DNA of 39,194 nucleotides from IMG/VR virus record IMGVR_UViG_3300048576_000459, positions 1-39,194 of that record; one strand, given 5' to 3'. The stretch comes from a virus. Its lineage: Duplodnaviria > Caudoviricetes. Of the stretch, positions 1-6,137 are shown in pieces (within the stretch, counting starts at the first letter, position 1; each line of letters begins with the position of its first letter). The notes below the pieces were generated by a model, which was not told the origin of the DNA, did no database searches, and saw nothing but the letters and a program-made list of their open reading frames with translations. Made by a program: the position numbers and the translations under genes.

Positions 1-450
1 ATGCAGAAGTATAGTCAGATTGATAATAAAAAAAGTCTTCCTATTATATATAAAAAAAATCATCGGGGCACATTAGTTGCTAATTTAAGGCTCAAACACA
101 ATTTAACAGCAAAAAAAATGTCATCTTTACTTAATATTACTGAGCATACTTTAAAGGAAATAGAAGGAGGTAAAAGTAAGTATGACTACTATTACTATAG
201 TAAATATTGTAGACACTTTTCAGTTGATCCATACATCTACTTAGACTATTATTCTCTTCCGGAAAAAACTTTAGCTGATAAAGTAAAGAAGTTAAAAACA
301 TTTATCGGTGTTAAATCTCTACGAGAACTAGACAAATATTTAGGATTATATAGTGGGTGCCTAAGTGATTGCTTAAGTAGAAATGTTAATAGAAATGGAA
401 TTGACAACCTTGTTACAAAAAAACTAATTTTATATAATAAAAAGAAGTAG
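1..450 (+). CDS. XRE-type HTH protein, possibly with two tandem HTH domains
   Basis: LRLKHNLTAKKMSSLLNITEHTLKEIEGG is XRE-like. A second HTH-like segment is TLADKVKKLK...SLRELDKYLGLYSGCLSD. The start cannot be verified because no upstream sequence is given. Confidence 0.7.
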   Translation: MQKYSQIDNKKSLPIIYKKNHRGTLVANLRLKHNLTAKKMSSLLNITEHTLKEIEGGKSKYDYYYYSKYCRHFSVDPYIYLDYYSLPEKTLADKVKKLKTFIGVKSLRELDKYLGLYSGCLSDCLSRNVNRNGIDNLVTKKLILYNKKK

Positions 451-477
451 AGAAATAACTCTACTTCTTTTTATTAT
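434..477. terminator. Bidirectional intrinsic terminator (perfect 19-bp inverted repeat)
   Basis: ATAATAAAAAGAAGTAGAG-aaataa-CTCTACTTCTTTTTATTAT, lying between convergent ORFs 1-450 and 461-532. Confidence 0.9.
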
Positions 478-532
478 TTCTTATTATTTTAATTTTCTTT
501 TTTCCCTCTTCATTCTTCACAATAATTAGCAA
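461..532 (-). CDS. Unannotated 23-aa basic mini-protein MLIIVKNEEGKKKIKIIRNNKKK (candidate AimX-like output)
   Basis: Hand translation: TTG start at 532, RBS AAGGGG 8 nt upstream, own sigma-A promoter (593-621) and terminator. Similar to ORF 36678-36794. Confidence 0.65.
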   Translation of the reverse strand: MLIIVKNEEGKKKIKIIRNNKKK

Positions 533-592
533 AGTATCATCCCCTTGTTTCCCATCCTGCATATATTTTTTTGTAGTTTTAACAATGAAATG

Positions 593-621
593 ATTATATA
601 AAAATTTTTTCCATTTTGCAA
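593..621 (-). promoter_or_regulatory. Sigma-A promoter for the 23-aa ORF
   Basis: TTGCAA(621-616)-17 bp-TATAAT(598-593) on the minus strand. Confidence 0.75.
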
Positions 622-624
622 ATT

Positions 625-667
625 AAAAAAAGTTGACTAAACTCTCATTGAATTTGGTCAACTTTTT
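625..667 (-). terminator. Intrinsic terminator after the pro-peptide gene
   Basis: Minus strand AAAAAGTTGACCAAAttcaatgagagTTTAGTCAACTTTTTTT: hairpin plus U tract. Confidence 0.8.
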
Positions 668-720
668 CCTTTTTTTGTAATTGTATTTTGTAGCATTTTT
701 TCAATTTCTATTTGTGATTT

Positions 721-879
721 TTACCATCCATCTGGGTCATTTACTTGTAAGTGAATTCGGTTTAAACTAGATGCTACGTAGCTTTTGCCAGTATTTGCAT
801 TTGTATTTTTATCTGCTGCAAATGCCACATTTGATAGTACCATAGCTACTGCTATTACTGTTACTATAATTTTTTTCAT
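721..879 (-). CDS. Unannotated 52-aa secreted signalling pro-peptide (AimP/Qsp/Phr-like)
   Basis: Hand translation MKKIIVTVIAVAMVLSNVAFA|ADKNTNANTGKSYVASSLNRIHLQVNDPDGW. Sec signal peptide with AFA cleavage site, RBS GGGGGTG, directly downstream of the HTH-TPR gene. Confidence 0.9.
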   Translation of the reverse strand: MKKIIVTVIAVAMVLSNVAFAADKNTNANTGKSYVASSLNRIHLQVNDPDGW

Positions 880-930
880 AAAATACACCCCCATTAAAAG
901 TTGACTTTTTTTACATTCATTCCCGTTAAC

Positions 931-939
931 ATTGTAACA
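931..939 (-). promoter_or_regulatory. Candidate extended -10 promoter of the pro-peptide gene
   Basis: TGtTACAAT on the minus strand; no clear -35 at canonical spacing. Confidence 0.45.
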
Positions 940-990
940 TAATATTGAAATTGCACGATAAAAAAATTTTTTTATTTTATTCCTTTAATT

Positions 991-2259
991 TTATTTAAGT
1001 TTATTAATTAATGCATCATTGAAATAGACACTTTTTTCCTCATTTCGATATCTATAATACTTTATAAGTTCTGCATAAATCAAATAACAATTTATATTTA
1101 GTTCATCTATCTTTTGCATTATCAATATTATGTTATCTTCATCTTCCCTTCCAATGTAAATCAACATTAAATTATGAATTATTTTTTCAACTATCTCCAC
1201 ATTCTCACCATTGTTTTTTTCCCACGCCTTTAATGCTCTTAAAAGATATATTTCAACATCTTCATTTATGAATCTAAGCACGTTTGATGCATAATATAGA
1301 TTTTCAGCTAGATACCAGTTTTTAGGATTGTTTTCCAATGACTTCTTTATCGTTGTTGCTGCATCCTTATATTTTTTTTGTTTTAAATATACCTCTGATA
1401 AATTCCTGTAAGCCATAGTCAGCAAACTTTTGTCATTAAGTTTCATCGATGGCTCTAATATTTCAATATATTCATTTGCAGCTTCTTCCAATCTATTCTG
1501 TTCAATGAGGCAATTTGCATGTAACATTTTTACATCAAGTAGCTTTTTCTCTTCCAATCTAAATTCATCTATTAATATTCTTAAATATTTTATGGATTTT
1601 TCATATCTACTCATTTTTTTATATGTTAGTGCTTTATTAAAATATATCCTCTTAAAAACCTCATCATCATTTATATTACTATTTAACTTTAAAGCATAAT
1701 CTAGCTGTTCTAACGCAACTGTATACTTCTTACAAATTGTATTATTGCGAGACTTAATTATATATAAGCCTGCTTCTTCTAATACATTTCCTGAGCTAAT
1801 ACATATTTTTAATCCACACCTACACATTTCGTCACTTTTATTATACTTTTCTTTAAAGTAATAAATATTAGCTGCTAGTTTATACATATCAATTTTCATA
1901 TTATCTTCAATGTTATATTTCTCTATTAAATCTTCTGCTTCACTCAGCTTTTTTTCAAGTGCATTTACTTCTTTGATTTCTTTTAACTCATTTATAATAT
2001 TCTTCTTTAATATATTGTTAGCTTGAATATCTTCAGTTATCATCAACTCTTCAGTTGTAATTAATCCAATATCTATTTTCTTCCTTTTTACAACTTTGTT
2101 TAAATTTTTAGCAAGCCCCACTGCTAATTTATAATTTAAATTTTTCTTATCATTTTCAATTCGACTAATTAAATATTTCGTGCAAACTCCCTCTGCAATT
2201 TCTTCTTGAGTTGCTCCAATAAGATTTCTAATATTTTTCAATTTTACATTCGGTGACAT
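991..2259 (-). CDS. RRNPP-family HTH-TPR peptide-sensing regulator (AimR/Qsr-like)
   Basis: N-terminal XRE HTH (LKNIRNLIGATQEEIAEGVCTKYLISRIEN), then TPR-like helical repeats (IYFNKALTYKKMSRYEKSIKYL; AYRNLSEVYLKQKKYKDAATTIKKSL). About 420 aa, adjacent to a pro-peptide gene. The true start may be ATT at 2277. Confidence 0.88.
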   Translation of the reverse strand: MSPNVKLKNIRNLIGATQEEIAEGVCTKYLISRIENDKKNLNYKLAVGLAKNLNKVVKRKKIDIGLITTEELMITEDIQANNILKKNIINELKEIKEVNALEKKLSEAEDLIEKYNIEDNMKIDMYKLAANIYYFKEKYNKSDEMCRCGLKICISSGNVLEEAGLYIIKSRNNTICKKYTVALEQLDYALKLNSNINDDEVFKRIYFNKALTYKKMSRYEKSIKYLRILIDEFRLEEKKLLDVKMLHANCLIEQNRLEEAANEYIEILEPSMKLNDKSLLTMAYRNLSEVYLKQKKYKDAATTIKKSLENNPKNWYLAENLYYASNVLRFINEDVEIYLLRALKAWEKNNGENVEIVEKIIHNLMLIYIGREDEDNIILIMQKIDELNINCYLIYAELIKYYRYRNEEKSVYFNDALINKLK

Positions 2260-2307
2260 GATCTCATTTTCAAAAATTGTTTTCTCCCCCTTTTTAAACT
2301 TGGTAAT

Positions 2308-2336
2308 ATTTTATATATGCTCGAATACCATGTCAA
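2308..2336 (-). promoter_or_regulatory. Sigma-A promoter of the receptor gene
   Basis: TTGACA(2336-2331)-17 bp-TAAAAT(2313-2308). Confidence 0.8.
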
Positions 2337-2407
2337 CAATCAAATTATGGAAATAGATATCTAATAAGAGCTATATAGGTCTATATATACTAACTGTTCC
2401 AAACAAA

Positions 2408-2443
2408 TAAAGACCAGGATAAATTAATTAATCCTAGCCTTTA
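2408..2443 (-). terminator. Terminator after the ltp-like gene
   Basis: Minus strand TAAAGGCTAGGAT...ATCCTGGTCTTTA followed by TTTGTTT. Confidence 0.7.
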
Positions 2444-2475
2444 GATTGTTAAATTAAATTGTGATTTTATTGTTT

Positions 2476-3123
2476 CTAATTTTCTAAATTGTTTATAGCG
2501 TATTGTGCTTCTTCTTCAGTAAATTTTTCACCTGCCTCAGATACTAATTGGTCATGGATAGCACTCTTAGACATACTCATTTTATTTTGATATGATTTAG
2601 CTTTAGCTAATGCATTCTTTTTCCAATCTGCTTTTACATTATCTACAGCATACTGTGCAGCTTCTTTAGGAAATTTTTCTCCAGCATCTGATGTTAATTG
2701 CTCATATAAACCTTTTTTAGATAAATTCATTTTGTTAGCATAAGTATCTGCTTTTTTTAATGCTGATTGATATTCCTTAGGTATATTATCTTTTGCTTTC
2801 TTAGCATCTGCATCTGCCTTCGCCTTCGCTTTTGCTTCTTCATCTGCTTTTTGTTTAGCAACTTCTGCTGCTTTTTCTTCTTCTGTTTTCTCTTTTGGTT
2901 GTTCTTGTACAGTTGCAGTTTCAGTTTTTGTTGTTGCAGTTTTACTATCTTTCTTGCCACCCATATTAGATATTAATACTATTGCAAAAAATATTGAGAT
3001 TACTATTTTAGCAACCTTATTCCATCTGCTATATTTCCACATAAGAAAGAGTCCTACTGGAAAAAAGAAAATTAGAAATAATATAATTGCTAAGTTTTTT
3101 TCATACCATTTTTGATTCATCAT
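2476..3123 (-). CDS. Ltp-family surface-exposed protein (putative superinfection exclusion)
   Basis: Two C-terminal Ltp repeats (ALKKADTY...LSKKGLYEQLTSDAGEKF..EAAQYAVDN; ALAKAKSY...MSKSAIHDQLVSEAGEKFTEEEAQYAINNL) and two N-terminal TM helices. Confidence 0.85.
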   Translation of the reverse strand: MMNQKWYEKNLAIILFLIFFFPVGLFLMWKYSRWNKVAKIVISIFFAIVLISNMGGKKDSKTATTKTETATVQEQPKEKTEEEKAAEVAKQKADEEAKAKAKADADAKKAKDNIPKEYQSALKKADTYANKMNLSKKGLYEQLTSDAGEKFPKEAAQYAVDNVKADWKKNALAKAKSYQNKMSMSKSAIHDQLVSEAGEKFTEEEAQYAINNLEN

Positions 3124-3150
3124 TATTCCCCCTTAAATATTTATACCTTA

Positions 3151-3178
3151 ATTGTATATTATTTGGAATTATTGTCAA
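3151..3178 (-). promoter_or_regulatory. Sigma-A promoter of the ltp-like gene
   Basis: TTGACA-16 bp-TACAAT on the minus strand. Confidence 0.65.
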
Positions 3179-3206
3179 ATTAATTAACCTTTATCCATCT
3201 ATAGGC

Positions 3207-3243
3207 AAAAAAATAAAGGGCATAGAAATTAATCTACACCCTT
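3207..3243 (-). terminator. Terminator after the endolysin
   Basis: Minus strand AAGGGTGTAGA-loop-TCTATGCCCTT-TATTTTTTT. Confidence 0.75.
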
Positions 3244-3270
3244 GAACGCTCTTACCTTATTTAATTATAT

Positions 3271-4203
3271 TTATAAGCCTAATAATGCTCTCCAAGTATT
3301 TTCTCCAATAACACCGTCTGCTTCTATGCCTTTAGATGATTGAAACCCAATTACTGCATTCTTTGTATTCTCTCCAAATATACCATCCACATCATCCCCT
3401 GTAAATCCTACTCTAAGCTGAATCCATTTAGTTATGTCCCCTCGGCCCCCTTCTTTAACTACTGGGCAATGCTTTAATGTATCGGGTCCAGGTATTCCAT
3501 CTACAACTATATCTCCAAAACCCTGTTGGTTAATCAGCTTTTGTAGTTGCGAATATATATTGTCTGTATTAGCTTGTACAGGTTGAATAGTTTCTCTTGG
3601 TGTATTTGTATTGCTTAGAAACATTAACCCGTTGTTATAGAAGTTATCCGTATCTACGTTTCCATCAATTCCGCTAACCGAACCACTTTCTGAATATTGG
3701 TGTCCTACATATTCACCCCACTTAGGTATTTCCATAGGCTTATTCACCCCATAATGAGCTATCCATAGCCAACTATTATTAGCTAATCTTTCGTCTAAAT
3801 TATCTTGTGCAAAATAAGCACCACTATAGATCATACAGTCTTGTCCGCTTATTTCTTTAAAATGGCTAATAAATTCTAAACATCTATCTGTTATCTCCTC
3901 AGAACTCCTCTCAAGATTATTAGTTTCAACATCAAGACAAGGTTTTATATCATACTCTCTATCCTTTATAGCATTATAAAAATCCTCTGCTTGTGTAGTA
4001 GGGCTAGTTTTTTCACTCATAAAATGATAAAAACCTATATGTGATACTCCTGATTTTTTTGCACCATTATAATATATTTCTAACCAATCATCTCTAAAAT
4101 CTACACCTTCAGTTGCTTTGATCATTACAACCTCAACGCCATCATTTTTGACAGCTTCAAAATCTATATTTCCATTATGACTTGATATATCTATTCCTTT
4201 CAT
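3271..4203 (-). CDS. Endolysin, GH25 muramidase with C-terminal peptidoglycan-binding domain
   Basis: KGIDISSHNG, KATEG, GFYHF, LDVE and QYSESG motifs; DGIFGENTKNAVIGFQ...DGVIGENTW binding domain. AGGAGG RBS favours the ATG at 4203 over 4224. Confidence 0.95.
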   Translation of the reverse strand: MKGIDISSHNGNIDFEAVKNDGVEVVMIKATEGVDFRDDWLEIYYNGAKKSGVSHIGFYHFMSEKTSPTTQAEDFYNAIKDREYDIKPCLDVETNNLERSSEEITDRCLEFISHFKEISGQDCMIYSGAYFAQDNLDERLANNSWLWIAHYGVNKPMEIPKWGEYVGHQYSESGSVSGIDGNVDTDNFYNNGLMFLSNTNTPRETIQPVQANTDNIYSQLQKLINQQGFGDIVVDGIPGPDTLKHCPVVKEGGRGDITKWIQLRVGFTGDDVDGIFGENTKNAVIGFQSSKGIEADGVIGENTWRALLGL

Positions 4204-4214
4204 TTTAAACCCTC

Positions 4215-4358
4215 CTACAAACATTTAATTACTATATAATCATGTTCTTCTTTTATAGCTGATTCTTGTACGCATATTCTACAAGAGTCATTTGCAAGCC
4301 TTATTTCTTTATCTACACCTAACTCTAATATTTTTTTGATTAATTCTTTTCCATTCAT
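4215..4358 (-). CDS. Unannotated 47-aa protein MNGKELIKKILELGVDKEIRLANDSCRICVQESAIKEEHDYIVIKCL
   Basis: Hand translation; GGGAGG RBS; stop codon overlaps the endolysin RBS. Confidence 0.7.
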   Translation of the reverse strand: MNGKELIKKILELGVDKEIRLANDSCRICVQESAIKEEHDYIVIKCL

Positions 4359-4399
4359 AGTAAAAACCTCCCAAAATTAAAATAGAGTAGCCACAAAGG

Positions 4400-4858
4400 C
4401 TACCCCTGTACTGAATTTAATGTATTATTTGTTTGTGTTGCTTCAATGGAATCCGTTGCAACTACTGACTGAACTTTCTTTAATTGCTCTTTAGCAGCTG
4501 TATTTTCTGCTTGTAATCTCGCATTATCCGCTTGCATTTGTCTTAATATTTCTGAATTATCTAAGACTGCTGCTTTACCCTTATTTATAGATCCCGCTAC
4601 ACTCTGCCTTAAGTTATCAATATCCTTTTGTGTAAGCTCTGGAAACTTTTCTATCAATGCATTATTAAATTCATCTACCTTAGATATTATCTTGTCTTCT
4701 ATTGTCTTACTTATTCTTTTGTTTTCATCTACCATGTCCCATATCTTCCCTGCCTCAGTAATGTAATTCTTATTTTTTAATATTTCCTCTTCAATCCCAC
4801 TTTTCTTTAGTCTACTTTCTAACACCTTTACAATTAATCCCAAAATTGTTTTTAACAT
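4400..4858 (-). CDS. Lysis-cassette protein with amphipathic N-terminus and coiled coil (possible second holin-like protein)
   Basis: Lies between holin and endolysin; AAGGA RBS favours the MLKTIL start. Confidence 0.55.
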   Translation of the reverse strand: MLKTILGLIVKVLESRLKKSGIEEEILKNKNYITEAGKIWDMVDENKRISKTIEDKIISKVDEFNNALIEKFPELTQKDIDNLRQSVAGSINKGKAAVLDNSEILRQMQADNARLQAENTAAKEQLKKVQSVVATDSIEATQTNNTLNSVQG

Positions 4859-4907
4859 TTTACATCCTTCTTTCATTTTTTTATATTAAAAAAGAGCAAC
4901 CAATTAG

Positions 4908-5324
4908 TTACTCTTTAATTTCTTTTTTCTCTCCATCTTTTAATTGTGCTAATGCTTCTTTAAGTTTATTCGGCACTGGTATCCCTAAACTTATTGCATT
5001 TTCTAATATACTTAATCCCTCATTTGCTATATAAAAATAGCAGACCATTGTCCTGAATAACCAAGTACCAGTATTTAAAAGTCTATCTAACGATACTGCA
5101 ACTATTAAAACCGAAAATATTATTGCTTTTCTTGCTATACCTTTTAGTCCTACATTTGAACTAAGTTTACCATTTATAAATCCCCTTAATACTCCTGTCA
5201 CATAATCTACAGCTATAAATGTTACTAAGACTATTAATGGTTTATCCCATGCACCGAATAGCCATGTTAGCATAGTGCCTATGACTGTTATTGCTGTTTT
5301 GAAATGTTTGGATACCTCTTCCAC
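4908..5324 (-). CDS. Holin (toxin secretion/phage lysis holin family)
   Basis: TM helices with DYVTGVLRG, LSSNVGLKGIARK and YIANEGLSILENAISLGIPVP motifs; GTG start with AAAGGAGG RBS. Confidence 0.93.
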   Translation of the reverse strand: MEEVSKHFKTAITVIGTMLTWLFGAWDKPLIVLVTFIAVDYVTGVLRGFINGKLSSNVGLKGIARKAIIFSVLIVAVSLDRLLNTGTWLFRTMVCYFYIANEGLSILENAISLGIPVPNKLKEALAQLKDGEKKEIKE

Positions 5325-5553
5325 TTTTTAACCTTCTTTCTTCTCTTCTTACACATAAATAAAAATATATTGATAATACGAATAAATAAAAATATAAAGT
5401 GCAATAATAAGCATGTAAAGACAGAAATACACATGTAATATACACGTGTTTGTCTTTGCATAAAGGAATGATGGATTTTATTTTCTCACAATTATATCTT
5501 CCGCATTCCTCTTTTCTTTTATGCATTGAATTATTTGAAAATTATTACAAAAT

Positions 5554-5584
5554 AAAAGAACCTACTAAACTTTAGTAAGTTCTT
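5554..5584 (-). terminator. Terminator at the end of the tail module
   Basis: Minus strand AAGAACTTACTAAA-G-TTTAGTAGGTTCTT-TTATTTT. Confidence 0.7.
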
Positions 5585-5644
5585 AATTTGCTGCTAATTC
5601 AAGTAGCTCTTATAATTATTTAATCTCCAAACGATTGGAATTTT

Positions 5645-5809
5645 CTATTGTGCTGTTTCAACACTTGTACCATTAACCATTCCTAATAATTCTTCATATT
5701 GCTCTTGTGTAATTTGGTTGAAAGTATAAAATACATTAAGTTTGTTAGTCATATCCTCCTTTGTAAATCTCTTATTAGTAATTAAATTTTTTAATAAATT
5801 GTATAACAT
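5645..5809 (-). CDS. Unannotated 54-aa XkdX-like protein
   Basis: Hand translation MLYNLLKNLITNKRFTKEDMTNKLNVFYTFNQITQEQYEELLGMVNGTSVETAQ; AGGAGGTG RBS; ITxEQYEEL motif. Confidence 0.8.
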   Translation of the reverse strand: MLYNLLKNLITNKRFTKEDMTNKLNVFYTFNQITQEQYEELLGMVNGTSVETAQ

Positions 5810-5810
5810 C

Positions 5811-6122
5811 TTATACACCTCCTGTTGTTAATTTTTCATATTTTATATTAGTAACTAGCTCTTGTAAGTCTAGTATTTGTTCTTTTAATATGTCTGTTTT
5901 TGTTTTTTCTACCTCTAAAGGTATAGGTTCACATTCTTTTATATAATCGAATAATCCTGTTCCTGTTGATAATTCCTTTAATCTAAATTGTTTTCCTTGG
6001 TTTTGTAATTCAAAAAACTTATTATAATCTTCATCAGTAATTTTTATATCTCCTGATATTATTTCATGTATTCCTTCTACAACAAACCCAAATTCTCCAT
6101 TTACTATTCTTAAATAATGCAT
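5811..6122 (-). CDS. Putative tail fibre assembly chaperone
   Basis: Follows the fibre gene; IKITDEDYNKFFELQNQGK motif; GGAGGTGG RBS. Confidence 0.6.
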   Translation of the reverse strand: MHYLRIVNGEFGFVVEGIHEIISGDIKITDEDYNKFFELQNQGKQFRLKELSTGTGLFDYIKECEPIPLEVEKTKTDILKEQILDLQELVTNIKYEKLTTGGV

Positions 6123-6137
6123 ATTTTACCACCTCCC

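Noticed and set aside
1430-1699. 89-aa + strand ORF; similar ORFs at 2757-2976, 4846-5034, 6117-6494 and 7327-7545
   Set aside because: Antisense or alternate-frame shadows of well-supported genes, with no RBS or recognisable motifs
2301-2390. Short palindromes near the receptor promoter (TGGTA-N20-TACCA, TAGATATCTA, TATATAG-GT-CTATATA) considered as operators
   Set aside because: Short, AT-rich and not repeated elsewhere in the cassette, so indistinguishable from chance
5242-5526. 94-aa ORF and an alternate-frame hydrophobic ORF (MQRQTRVYYMC...) upstream of the holin, considered as toxin or antiholin
   Set aside because: No RBS; they overlap the holin start; hydrophobicity is explained by T-rich DNA. 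The region is kept only as a candidate structured RNA.
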